A stretch of 64,000 bases of DNA, taken from NCBI RefSeq assembly GCF_006345805.1, contig NC_042997.1:155372001-155436000 (forward strand), in the 5' to 3' direction. Positions 38,793-51,548 of this stretch are shown here, one piece after another. The position numbers and the translations under genes were made by a program. How positions within the stretch are numbered: the stretch's first letter is position 1; each line of letters begins with the position of its first letter. Below the pieces are notes generated by a model. It had not been told where the DNA came from. It saw only the letters and a program-made list of their open reading frames with translations, and searched no databases. The stretch is from Octopus sinensis. Lineage: Eukaryota.

Positions 38793-40023
38793 CTGATAAA
38801 AAATAAAAATAAACAAATAAGGAAATACAGTGATGATTACAAAAGAATTTTATTGAAAGTTAGTTAACAACAGAAATCAAGAAATATATGCTCAGCATTT
38901 AATCAAAAATAAAACAAAAAATTTGTAATTAACTTTTGATACTAATCTATGCCTTTGGCGTTTTTAAATAAAGCTGCCTGTTTTAAAGTGTTCAATGTTA
39001 AGGAATGTTACAGTCAACTGAATGTCAGTATATAACTGGTACTTGATTTATTGACCAAAATCCCTGCCAGCAGAGATACAAGTCAGCAACTCATTATGTA
39101 AATGGATGAATAAAAACTAATGCATTTAGTCACGTTGTTTCTGTCTCAGTTACCATCACTCTTTCAATAATGTAATATTACATTACACTGGTTGAAGGCT
39201 ACACATTCTTAAGGTTGTAGAATAGTGAACTGAATGGATACCAATATTGTATCAATTCAATTGACATTTATTTTATTATTGAAGAGGGGTGAAACACAGG
39301 ATATAGAGGAACACAAGACATTTGGTCTATCATTGCCATTTCTGTTACTCTACCAAATGATGAAGAATCTTAAAGTGATATATAAAAGTTAATATAATAT
39401 TAACATTTATATAATATTATATAAATATATTATATAATATAAATATTAGTTATTTCTTTCACAGCTCTGGTCAAACAGAACAATAAACAAAAGTGTTTAA
39501 ACTATAACAATTCCATCTAACTTTTAAGAAGTGCAACTCATCAAAGTCTCTCTTTTTAAGATAGAAGGATGCGGTTTAAGGAAGATTTGGTTGCTATTTC
39601 TAGCAAATCCAGCAACCATGTAACATTTTTATGTTCATTAATGAGTAGATTAAGCTAGTATTTGAAACACAACTGAACAGAATAGTCATTGCACAAAGAC
39701 AGGAGATTTTTATCAAATAACCCTTACGAGAACATTAGATAATGTAGTCCTAAATATTTCATTAAAATTACAAGATCCATTGCTGGAATTTCTTTCATCG
39801 TAGGCCTGCCTAGTAAGGGTTAATCTGGAGGAGATAACTAACTGGAAATCAAAACCAAGATCTCGGGAATCAGAACTCCCTATCTGCATTAAGCCCAAGA
39901 TACTAAATGAGATGCAGACCCTTTTTGACTGCTATTTAATATAAAAAAAAGTCTGAAAAAAAATTGATTTCTGTTCACGTAATTTCTTTTCTTCACTTCT
40001 TAACAAATCAAGGTTGAACTCAC

Positions 40024-40163
40024 CAATAAATTTATCTCGTTTAAGACACCCATCACGAGTTATATGCATCTCCCACCGAAGGATAGATTTCAGCCAGTTT
40101 TGATCATCAGGAGTGTAAGCGCTAAACAAGCCTTGATAATCACAGGTCAAATCATACCAAAAT
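40024..40163 (-). CDS. TIR protein exon 6 (140 nt), FWYDLTCDYQGLFSAYTPDDQNWLKSILRWEMHITRDGCLKRDKFI
   Basis: CAG acceptor and GTGAGT donor, phases 2/1 consistent. Confidence 0.88.
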
Positions 40164-40865
40164 CTGCATTGGAAATAAAAAAAATCAATTATAAATTGGA
40201 AGAATTAACCTATCACAGTTTCATTTACCTGTCTCACAAAACAATGTTGTGAAACCTCTGGTAGATTTAATTGAGAGTTGGAAGTTTAAATATGTCATAA
40301 GCAAACAAATTATTGACAGGGTAAGATGATTGGAGATATATTACAAAAACCATCCAACCCAACTGAAAATCAGGTTGTTACAACAAGTGCTTCAGTTGAT
40401 CCAATCAATGGAACAGCCAGTTTGTGAAATCACAGGTATACCCTTAACGTAGTTCTCAGAGAGATTCAGCGTGACACAAAGTGACATGGCTGGCCCTTTG
40501 AAATACAGGTATAGCTCATTTTTGCCAGCCAGGTGGGCTGGAGTAATGAGAAATAAAATGTCTCGCTCAAAGACAACACAATATACTGCCAGAAGAGTGG
40601 TTGGCGTTAGGAAGGGCATCCAGCTGTAGAAACACCGCCAGATCTGACTGGCCTGGTGCAGCCTTCGAGCTCCCCAGACCCCAGTTGAACCGTCCAACCC
40701 ATGCTAGCATGGAAAGCGGACGTTAAGCGATGATGATGATGATGATGAAATCAAACTCATCACCTTGCAACTGTGAGTCAAATACCCTAGCCACTAAGCC
40801 ATGCACCTTGATGAAATGTGTTTAACTAAGAAGTAGACTGATTTTTAAAGTAATGCCATTTAAAA

Positions 40866-41252
40866 ATATAAACTCTCTTTACTCTTTTACTTGTTTCAGT
40901 CAATTGACTGTGGCCATGCTGGAGCACCGCTTTTAATCGGGACTTATTCTTTTGTAAGCCCAGTACTTATTCTATCGGTCTCTTTTGCCGAACTGCTAAG
41001 TAACGGGGACATAAATACACCAGCATTGGTTGTCAAGCAATGCTAGGGGGACAAACACAGACACACGCATATATATATACACATATATGACAGGCTTCTT
41101 TCAGTTTCTGTCTACCAAATCCACTCACAAGGTTTGGTCGGCCCGAGGCTATAGTAGAAGACACTTGCCCAAGGTGCCACGCAGTGGGATTGAACCTGGA
41201 ACCATGTGGTTGGTAAACAAGCTACTTACCACACAGCCACTCCTGCGCCTAT
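40866..41252 (-). mobile_element. SINE family A
   Basis: Full-length reverse-complement copy. Confidence 0.85.
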
Positions 41253-41744
41253 AGATTGGACAGGTTTTCTGAGGCAGATTTTATGGCTGGATGCCTTAAC
41301 TAGTTTAGCTGCCTCTTACAACACAAAAATGAGGAATATCTAGGATATACATGAAAGTAGTAATGAAAATGGTGTTGACAAATAAAAATTCAAATTTGAG
41401 GAAACCAGTGGTGATCTTTCTAAAAAAGAAATTTACTTGTAATATCAGGGTTCTTGTCTCCCCAAGCTATACAAACATTCAAATTTGTGAATTCTACTAA
41501 ATATCATTAGTGCAATGCTTGAATAATATTGGTTTCAAATTTTGGCACAATGTCAGCAATTTCAGGGGAAGGGATAAGTTGATCACACTGAACTATGTTC
41601 AAATGGTACTAATTTAAAGAACAATGAAAGAATGAAAGGCAAAGTCGACCCCCTCCACAGCATTTGAACTCAGAAGAAATGCTGCTAAGCACTTTTCCCA
41701 GCTCACCGCCTTAAACACTAAAGTAATATTCCAAAATAACTTAC

Positions 41745-41868
41745 TGATTCCAATCTATTTGGTTTTCTGTATATTTTCTATCCCAATAATCAATAGGAGT
41801 TTCAAGGTTTTGTTTGTTGTAAATCTTAGTTGATCGCTGAGGTCTCTTCGATTCAGCATTCGACTTGT
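41745..41868 (-). CDS. TIR protein exon 5 (124 nt), KSNAESKRPQRSTKIYNKQNLETPIDYWDRKYTENQIDWN
   Basis: TAG acceptor after a pyrimidine tract and GTAAGT donor, phases 1/2 consistent. Confidence 0.88.
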
Positions 41869-43371
41869 CTACGTAAAGAACACAGAAAAAAAAAATCAAT
41901 AAAGACAAAATAAAAAAAAACAGGACACTCAAATCAAAACAGCTTGAGAAATTTTAACCCTAAGAAAAATATATTAAAATGGCTTCATTCATTTTCAGAT
42001 TATGGAGTGCATAAAAGAATTCAAATTGTTTTGCAATTTCAATTACAATTCAGAAATAGCTTAATCCTAATAAATTCCTACCAACTTAGTAAACCAATCA
42101 TTTGTCTTCAATAATCTTTTTCTTTGAAGACATAAGTATTTTTCCTTATTATAGCAACAAGTTAAGGTTGTGATTAACTTTAATCCATTAGCATTCAGAT
42201 TATTCTGTCATATATAATGCTTATTAATTCACATAGCTTTGGATTAATCATACTTATCTTGTACTTATGAGATTTTGATATGATTGTTTATATTAAGAAC
42301 GACATTGTAGGGTAGGTGTGAAAGATCAGAGCCGGCCAGTTTGATCATAGAACAGAATATTTTGGCCTGATATGGCCAGCTAAAAGCAAAGGGTCAATGT
42401 ATATACTAATGTCACTTGCCCAAAGAATCCAATTGAGACAGCATTTTATTTTCAAGAGTCAAGCTCTCATTAAAATCAAAGAAAGAATTCAGTTATGATG
42501 TACAAGTATAACTAATAATATGAGGCAAAGAAAATATCAAATCTGTCAACATCTATCTTTACTTTTTGATGTGAAACCATGTATTGAAAACTGTTGTACT
42601 TCAAAAAGGTCATTCTGCCAATACAACAAAAGCATACTGGCTGTAGTTTACTTTTTATTATTAATTTCAAAAATATAATATTAATAATATTGGTTTTTCA
42701 GTGATTTTCTCAGCAACAGTTTTTTTCCTTCTCCATCAAAAATATTTATTGGTATATTCAGATTTGGTATTTGTTGTTGTCGACTAGCAATCCCTACACC
42801 AACTAAACTTACTTTAACTTAGAGGATCAGATTTAGTATCTCAGAGAAGAGACTGCATCGGTATGGGCATGTGATGCACAGATAAAGAAGTGCCAAGCAA
42901 TCATTTGGAAGAAATTGATGGAAGAGAATGAACAAGGAACACCTGGAAGAAGTGGTAAATGCTAATCTCAGAGGGCTGAACTTTACAAAGGAGATAAAAG
43001 ACCCATAACATGTGATATGATAATGTTATATTAAAGAAAACTTAGTTAACCCATGCAAACATGGAAAAATAACATAAAATGATTATCATCCTCGGCTTGA
43101 TGGCTATTTCTTTCCATGTGAGCATGAGTAGGAGAAAACTTTTTGAGGTAGCACTTAAATGAATGTCCTTCCTAACACCAACCCGTGTTTATAGCTAAGA
43201 TATTGCATGCCATTGGTCTGCATGTGTTGAATTAAACTGCAGGATACAGTGTTTATGCAGAACATACATAAGCAACACCAATAACTTAATATATGAATGC
43301 AAAGACAAATTCACACATACATGCCATGCATTTATATATTTATTTATATATATATATATACATACACACGT

Positions 43372-43680
43372 GGAGGTGCAATGGCCCAGTGGTTAGGGCA
43401 GCATACTCGCGGTCGTAGGATCGCGACTTCGATTCCTAGACTGGGCATTGTGAGTGTTTATTGAACGAAAACACCTAAAGCTCCATGAGGTTCCGGCAGG
43501 GGGTGGTGGCGATCCCTGCTGTACTCTTTCACCGCAACTTTCTCTCACTCTTTCTTCTGTTGGCCTGCTCACTTAGCCAGCGGAGTGGCGTCATTTGAAG
43601 ACTAAAACAATGTGAAGCGCATTGTGACTAGTGATGTGTAGCAACATCTGATAGCTTGGTCGGTCACGGTGATCACGGTA
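43372..43680 (+). mobile_element. tRNA-derived SINE, third family
   Basis: A-box TGGCCCAGTGGTTAGG and B-box-like TTCGATTCC, followed by a non-tRNA body. Confidence 0.7.
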
Positions 43681-43959
43681 ATACACACACACACCATATC
43701 TAATGGCTATATAAGATGTATTTTTTTAAAACGTTTTTAAAAAATTACAAAAAAAAAAAAAAAAAGACTGGCACTCTAGCAATATTAATTACTTCAGCAC
43801 GTGTCTAATACTGCTCAGGCATCTTTTATGCAATCAATTATATATTAAGGTATACAAGTTATAAGCTTGTCAAGATATCAATTGATTGATAAATTAAATT
43901 GCTATAAAAAGTAAGAACTAATTTGAAGAAAAAGAAAAAAAGACAAAGGAGAAACTTAC

Positions 43960-44072
43960 TGTTAATGGAATTTAATACAGCTTTTATGTCCCTCAAAAGT
44001 TCGTTCATGGTTTCTGGATACCTCTCCTTATCAAGAAATTTATACCACTGCATACCTGCCAGCTTGAGTCTC
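43960..44072 (-). CDS. TIR protein exon 4 (113 nt), RLKLAGMQWYKFLDKERYPETMNELLRDIKAVLNSIN
   Basis: CAG acceptor and GTAAGT donor, phases 2/1 consistent. L...QW..F resembles TIR beta-E/alpha-E. Confidence 0.9.
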
Positions 44073-44729
44073 CTGTGAATAAAAAAAATATTTTGCTTTT
44101 ATAAAAGAGAAAAGACAAATTTCATAGTTATTTTTTTCTTTAGATGCATATTAGATGCATATTCATTATTTTCTGAAAATTTCTTCGAAACTATCAATTA
44201 ATCTAAACTTCAGTTTCCTTCAATATGATTGCTTTGTCAGTTTTAACGTCCACATTTCCATGCTTGATTAAGTTGGACAGAATTCACTGAGGTAGATTTT
44301 CTATAGAGGGATGCCATTCCTGTCACCAACCATTATCTATTTTCAAGTAAGGTAATATTTCCCCTTGGTCAGACAGATTTCCACATAAGATTAGGAACCA
44401 AGAACACAGCTTGTATGACTATGCACATTTACAAATATCACATGATGTCAAGAGAAGGGTACAAACACCTCTGACAAGCTTCTTTTAGTTTCCATCAACC
44501 TAATCACTCATAAAGCTTTGGTTGGCCTGGGGCTATAGTAGAAGACACTTGCCCTAGGTGCCACACAATAGGACAGAAACTGAAACAATCTTGTTGCAAA
44601 GCAAACTTCTTAACTACAGACACACCTGTACACAGGTGTCACACCTGTACTACAGACACACCTGTACACAGGTGTCACACAAAGCTTCATATTAATAGAA
44701 GAAAATTAAATTGATATTCAGTCACTTAC

Positions 44730-44875
44730 ATCCCAGTATCCATAGCCGAAAGGAGATTTTCATCTGAAGAAATGCTAACAGGGAAAATGCTTTTGTTTGA
44801 TATATATGCCAAGGACAATTCATCTTTACAGAATTTGGAATGAATGGAAGTTTCGCTGACAATAGATATGAACAC
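44730..44875 (-). CDS. TIR protein exon 3 (146 nt), VFISIVSETSIHSKFCKDELSLAYISNKSIFPVSISSDENLLSAMDTG(M)
   Basis: CAG acceptor and GTAAGT donor. TIR beta-C, alpha-C (SKFCKDEL) and beta-D (IFPV). Confidence 0.93.
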
Positions 44876-46644
44876 CTGTTATGAATAAAAAGATAGAAAA
44901 AATGTAAGAATAAATTTGATTACTAAAATATGGAAAAAAATTAACATTTAATAAGAATTCCTCATAATTATAAAATAATGAATTTCCTACATTGACCAGA
45001 GTGTTAAAAATTTATTGGAAAGCAGTGGTATTAAATAAATTAACCAAAGATATTTTATGGTATTTCTTCTTAGTATGGACTCTAGAGAGATAAACATTCA
45101 AAGTTGACACCAGCTGGATTTGAACTCAAAGTCAGATAAGTAAATACCACAATGCATTTTTTTATCCAGCACTCTAGCAATTTTGCACATCTGTTTTGAC
45201 AATACCTATATTTAACAGCTTTATATATTCTTCTACTTATTAAGATTTTGATGTCAGACAACCAAAAAATGTTTATGTAAAATGTGCAGTGTGTGTGTGT
45301 GTGTGTATGAAAGCTATGAGAGAATACATGGATTAAAAATATTAAGAAATGTAAATGAAGTTGAAGGTTTTGCAAAGATCAGACTATTTTTGTAATAGTG
45401 AAGCAGTAGCATCTGAGAAAACAAGTGATGTCCTGTGTTGGCAAATAATAAATGGAAAAAAATTAAGTGGTACAAGTTAGTACAAAGAAGAGATTTGGCA
45501 CTTCAGAAAGGAATCTTTATCAATGCCTCAGGTTTGGCATGGCTTCTACAGCTGGATGTAGAACAACCACTTTACAGAACACACAGGATGCATTATTTCA
45601 TGGCACCAGCACTAAAAAAATTGTCTTGCCCTTGGCAAAACTAAAATCCGTTTACAGCGTGTACTGGGTTTTTGTGCTGTTTTGTAGTAAGCACTTGTAA
45701 CCAGCAAGATAAAACTAACTAAAAGAGAACAGATTTGGTGCAAAGAGATCTGTTATGGTAGTGGGAAGAGTTAACAGAAGCGATACTTTTTAGTGGAAGA
45801 CTGGAAGAAGTAGTGTAAGGAGTTAGTGTGAAAGAGAGAGGATAAGTGGTGAGGAGGATGGGGCAAGTGAGTAAAGATGACCATATATACAAATACTTTA
45901 AACATTTTTATTTTCATTTTGAATGTGCTTTTTGATGCTGGAAAGATCTGATCTTGCGATATTGTTATTATTTCTCTCAGTGAATGCAGAAGCTTTGTTG
46001 AAAAAAGGTCAGCATTCATAAAGACAGAGATTTGACTCATATACTACTTGCAACATAATGGATGCTGCCTGAGGTACCAAGTGGCCAGGTGGTAGCACTG
46101 AATAGGCAACAAATTATGACGAACACCCAACAATCTATCCATGCAGTTTCCATCAAGTTAATGTCACCCACATGGTTTGAATAACCCAAGCTATGTTAGA
46201 AGATATCATAGCTCAAAATACTACTCGGTGAAATAACCAGGAACCACTTAATTGCAAAGCAAGTTTCATAACAACTCAGCTATGCTTGCACAAATTAATT
46301 CAGTAAATGTTTTTTCTTTAAGCTCAAATCTATATTCTTTACAACTGAATTTTATTGGACATTTTAATCCTTTTTTCGTGATAAGTAAATTAAGCAATAA
46401 ATGTTTTATAAAATTAAAAGAGAGTTGTGGTGGTGGAAAGCCTGAATAAAACTATATTAGTGTATACTCTGATGTTTATAATAACCTACTTTTCAAGTGA
46501 TATCATTTGCAACAGCTATACAAGCACTCAAACAATAACATAACTTGTAAAAGCAAGTTTACATACACACACACACACACAATTATATATCATTACGCAC
46601 AATAAACACAATATAATAAGGCGCTGAATACTAAATGCTGCAAA

Positions 46645-47505
46645 AGTAGAGTATGCATATGCATGAAAAGGAGTATGCATATGTAGAAAAATGAAGTATG
46701 CATATGCAGGAAAAGGAGTATGCATAAGCATGAAAAGGAGTATGCATATGCATGAAAAGGAGTATGCATATGCAGGAAAAGGAGTATGCATATACAGGAA
46801 AACAAAGTATGCATATGCAGGAAAAGGAGTATGCATATGCATGAAAAGGAGTATGCATATGCAGAAAAAGGAGTATGTATATGCAGGAAAAGGAGTATGC
46901 ATAAGCATGAAAAGGAGTATGCATATGCAGGAAAATGAAGTATGCATATGCAGGAAAAGCAGTATGCATATGCAGAAAAAGGAGTATGTATATGCAGGAA
47001 AAGGAGTATGCATAAGCATGAAAAGGAGTATGCATATGCAGAAAAAGGAGTATGTATATGCAGGAAAAGGAGTATGCATAAGCATGAAAAGGAGTATGCA
47101 TAAGCATGAAAAGGAGTATGTATATGCAGGAAAAGGAGTATGCATATGCAGGAAAACAAAGTATGCATAAGCAGGAAAAGGAGTATGCATATGCAGAAAA
47201 AGGAGTATGTATATGCAGGAAAAGGAGTATGCATAAGCATGAAAAGGAGTATGCATATGCATGAAAAGGAGTATGCATATGCATGAAAAGGAGTATGCAT
47301 ATGCATGAAAAGGAGTATGCATATGCATGAAAAGGGGTATGCATATGCATGAAAAGGAGTATGCATAAGCATGAAAAGGAGTATGCATAAGCATGAAAAG
47401 GAGTATGTATATGCAGGAAAAGGAGTATGCATATGCAGGAAAAGGAGTATGCATATACATGAAAAGGAGTATGCATATGCATAAAAAGGAGTGTGCATAT
47501 GCAGG
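46645..47505. repeat. 22-bp minisatellite (GCATATGCATGAAAAGGAGTAT)n, about 39 units
   Basis: Directly visible tandem array in intron 2 of the TIR gene; explains ORFs 46528-47696. Confidence 0.97.
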
Positions 47506-48326
47506 AGACTATATATGCATGTGTGTGTGTGGTAGTGCATATAAAAATAGGTGCCTGCACAGAGTATGTGCACACATGAAAGAGGTGTATGCTGGAATGT
47601 GTGAATGTGTATGTATGCAAGTGTGTGTGTGTGCGTGTGTGTATGCATGTGCATATTCATAGAAAAGAGAGCAGTACTAATTACATAGCTGTACATTTAA
47701 GTAATTTACTCTTATAAAAAATACTGTTACACTTCATAAACAACATTTTGTTAAATGAAATGACTGGCCAAAATAGCTACTGACCTTGAAATCAGTTGTC
47801 CTAAAAACCCATCCTTGAATGTTTACTTAGACAACTAACTACGTATGCAATAACAAAAATCATCTTTTTACACATTTTAAATTAAGAGAGGTCATTTGAA
47901 GCAAGAAATTTTAACTTTCATGTAGCTTCTGCACTGCCCTTAATGCTTCTTAAACTTTTCAGCAAATATTCTTTACTTTGTGTGTGTGTGTGTATAAATA
48001 CAAACACTCGAAATTATTCAAAAATAGTTAAAATTCCTTTGTAATAAATTCTGTTGCTTCCCTTCCCTGTCCTACAATTTCTAATCCCCACCCAGATTTT
48101 TTTTTTTTTTTTGCTGAAATAAAACAAAATATTAAAAACAATGAGAAAAAAACCTAAACACTTTCATCTGAATTGATATATGTTGTGCCAGTATATATAT
48201 ATATATTTTTCATGTCATTAACTATTCTCCAACAATAAGGTATGTTGAGAAAAATTCTCAAGAGAAATCAATATTATGAAACAAGATTTTCCAGCACAGG
48301 AAACAAATTAAAAGATATTTACTTAC

Positions 48327-48430
48327 TTTACTCTCAATGATAGCTTGTCCAATTTTTTTAAGGAAGTCAACACCAGCTCCTATATCAGCAGTGTCTACCC
48401 AAACACTAATGTTGTTCTTTTCCAGAGTAT
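48327..48430 (-). CDS. TIR protein exon 2 (104 nt), (D)TLEKNNISVWVDTADIGAGVDFLKKIGQAIIESK
   Basis: TAG acceptor and GTAAGT donor. Matches the TIR_2 beta-B/BB-loop/alpha-B pattern VWxDxxDIxxGxxFxxxIxxAIxxS. Confidence 0.92.
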
Positions 48431-48477
48431 CTAAATAAGCATAAAAAGTTTTTAAATTGTTTAGATTTTTATATTAT

Positions 48478-48527
<50 letters not shown>

Positions 48528-49551
48528 AACAATTTAGCAACTAATAACCATTCTAAAGCTCTTCATTCCTGCCAACCCAGTCTTATTTCTTATTTCTTTA
48601 TTGCCCACAAGGGGCTACACACAGAGGGGACAAACAAGGACAGACAAACAAGGATGAAAGGCAAAGTCGACCTCGGTGGAATTTGAACTTAGAACGTAAA
48701 GACATGAAATACCTATTTCTTTAGTACCCACAAGGGGCTAAACACAGAGAGGACAAACAAGGACAGACAAATGGATTAAGTCGATTATATCGACCCAGTG
48801 TGTAACTGGTACTTAATTTATCGACCCCAAAAGGATGAAAAGCAAAGTTGACCTCAGCAGAATTTGAACTCAGAACGTAACGGCAGACGAAATACGGCTA
48901 CATATTTTACCTGGTGTGCTAACATTTCTGCCAGCTCACCGCCTTATTTCTTTTAAGACTATTATTTATTCACTGTTTATCAGTAAATTAAAAACAAATA
49001 TAAAATTCAGTGTTATTACAGAGGCATGCATACCAGACAAATGATTTTATCTGAGATAGTGCGTTGGAACAAAAATGATTTCAGTTTGGAAGATACCTGT
49101 TAGCCATTTGTCAATGTTTTCATTGCTCAAAACTGCAACATAGTCACTACTAGGTTACAGTTTGGGGCACCAAAAATTTTGACATCATACAACAAACAAA
49201 TATTAAAGAGAAGTTAACAGTCATTGTGTGTTTCTGAACAGCTAATGTGTTATCATCAATGTTAATTTAACCTATTTCTATTAAATACTGCACGTTGTCA
49301 CCTTAACTTCACCACACATACACACAAACTATCCATTTATAGGCTGTTTCATTTTGTCATGTGAGAACTTAAATGATTGCTTTTTAAATGTGAGTCAACT
49401 ATACCAATAAATAAAATTCATTTGACTGAACTTCTCACTCTTAAGTGTTTTGGAATAATGGTCCAACATATACTGACAATCTATTCTTGTATAAAATAAG
49501 GTTAGTAAAAAAAAAACAAAAAAACTATGATAAATTAAACAAAGTCAAGAT

Positions 49552-49940
49552 AGGCGCAGGAGTGGCTATGTGGTAAGTAGCTTGCTTACCAACCACATGG
49601 TTCTGGGTTCAGTCCCACTGCGTGGCACCTTGGGCAAGTGTCTTCTACTATAGCCTTGGGCTGATCAAAGCCTTGTGAGTGGATTTGGTAGATGGAAACT
49701 GAAAGAAGACCGTCGTATATATGTATATGTATGTTTGTGTCAGTAGTTGTCCCCCCAACATCGCTTGACAACCGATGCTGGTGTGTTTATGTCCCTGTAA
49801 CTTAGCGGTTCAGCAAAAGAGACCAATAGAATAAGTACTAGGCTTACACAGAATAAGTCCTGGGGTCGATTTGCTCGACTAAAGGCGGTGCTCCAGCATG
49901 GCCACAGTCAAATGACTGAAACAAGTAAAAGAGTAAAAAG
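49552..49940 (+). mobile_element. SINE family A
   Basis: Full-length copy; further copies at ~55530-55880(+), 59670-60030(-), 60075-60210(-) and 12160-12320(-). Confidence 0.85.
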
Positions 49941-51548
49941 AGAAAAGAGTATAGAAAACTATAATCTTTATTCTCTTTCCTTTCAGTCATGTGTACACAC
50001 ACACAGTTTCAAAGTCATATTTTTGCAGGTTAAAACTATTGCCAGCAACATTTAAAGCAACCTGCATGTTCTTCATTGTGAATATTTAGTTAGACGCCGA
50101 AAATTCTGGGTCATACTAATCTAAATCATTGTAATTTATTCTCCATCTAATTACAATATTCACAGTATCGAGCCACCCTTCTTCATTAATATCACTGCAA
50201 CACAAATGTATTTACTGTATGCCACTGCACACCAACGAAGAAGCCTCTCTGTTGCTAGAAATAGCAACCAAATCTCCATGCACTACTGTCATTAAAAAAA
50301 AACCCACAGATAGGAAGGAAGGACAAATTGTATAACATGATCCTAGATAAACCTTGCCCTGAAGGAGGAATGGGATAATAGCTGTAGCTTCTTGATCAAG
50401 GAATTGAATTCATGAGAGCAGATGGGCTAGACAACATCACCTGTAGCCAATGGTACTAATGATTATAGCTCTCGTAAGCCAAGATATTAACTTCCATATA
50501 GTTGCTAGACTTGAACTTAGTGAATGTGACTGCTGGGTTTCTCTTGGGTTGCACCCTTCTATCTTAGATGGTAAGTGGAAACGTTTGGTTTTACATCTAT
50601 TTTTCCATGCTAGCATGGGTCAGATGATCAGGTTATTGAAGCATTGTTTTTCAGCTAGATGCCTTTCCTAGCCCTAACCTTCAACTGTGAGAGATCTCTT
50701 ATTCCACACAACTTCAAAGACATGAAGAGTGAACGGACAAGTAATTAACAGAAGTACAAACAATGCTATTCAAATATCATGAGTTTCTAATATACAGACA
50801 CATACATGTGCATACATAAATGATAGGGTTTTATTGTCCCAAGACTATAGCACAAAACACTCGCTCAACAACATACCATGCAGTGGAAGAGAACTTCTTA
50901 ATCCACACATCCATGCTGCCCATCTAATCAAATTAAAATGGTTTTAAGCCTTTTAAACTTGCCCAACAGAATTACAGACAGAAAACTATACAAATGCAAA
51001 TCTAAAGAGAGAAGGATCAAAAAACATTTTCCATTTCTCAGCAGAGATGGTATTTGTTACTTGAGAACCATTACATTATTGAATATAGCATGAGATAGAT
51101 CATGTACTGTTCTGACAGTTTTAAATTTACACTGGTCTTTTTCCATATTACTAATGCATAGAGACTCTACTTTTCAAGCTATGAATGTCAGCTTTGAAGC
51201 TACAAATCACCAGGATTACCAGTTTCATGATGGGAAATTCTAGAATATGGCATTTATGTTCTTCAGTTTCTCTTTGAATTTGTTCTCAAAACAGACATAA
51301 ACCGATTAGGAAAGAGGTGTTGGCATTCAGTATTTCCTTGTGCATGATAAGCTTCAGTATTTTAAACATCTCATATGTGCATATAGACATAGTTGACTCA
51401 TTTGAACAGGCATGTGATGAGAAAGTTTTCACTTCCTTGTTTGTTCAAGATAATAGCAATATTTTTAATCTTGTTGCTCAAATTATCACATGCAAGGAAC
51501 ACAAAGTTCACAGAAGTAATGGTTTTCACTCAAAGCGAAGTCATTATA

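Noticed and set aside
39713-40023. Read-through of exon 6 (GEFNLDLLRSEEKK...) and ORF 39713..39898
   Set aside because: The strong GTGAGT donor at 40023 joins exon 7 in frame. The read-through stops at 39932 and the other ORF lacks splice support. A HEAT-less isoform cannot be excluded without RNA data.
43372-43445. tRNA-like sequence with A and B boxes (also the heads of SINE families A and B)
   Set aside because: No complete cloverleaf, and it continues into a SINE body; these are tRNA-derived SINE heads, not tRNA genes.
45771-46040. 89-aa minus-strand ORF inside intron 2 of the TIR gene
   Set aside because: No convincing splice sites or motif, and exons 2 and 3 already join into a continuous TIR fold.
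46645-47505. CRISPR-like appearance of the regular repeats
   Set aside because: Units are contiguous with no unique spacers, there are no cas genes, and the context is eukaryotic.
46528-47696. Long ORFs of 159-367 aa, the longest in the track
   Set aside because: They are translations of the 22-bp minisatellite in several frames; low complexity, inside an intron.
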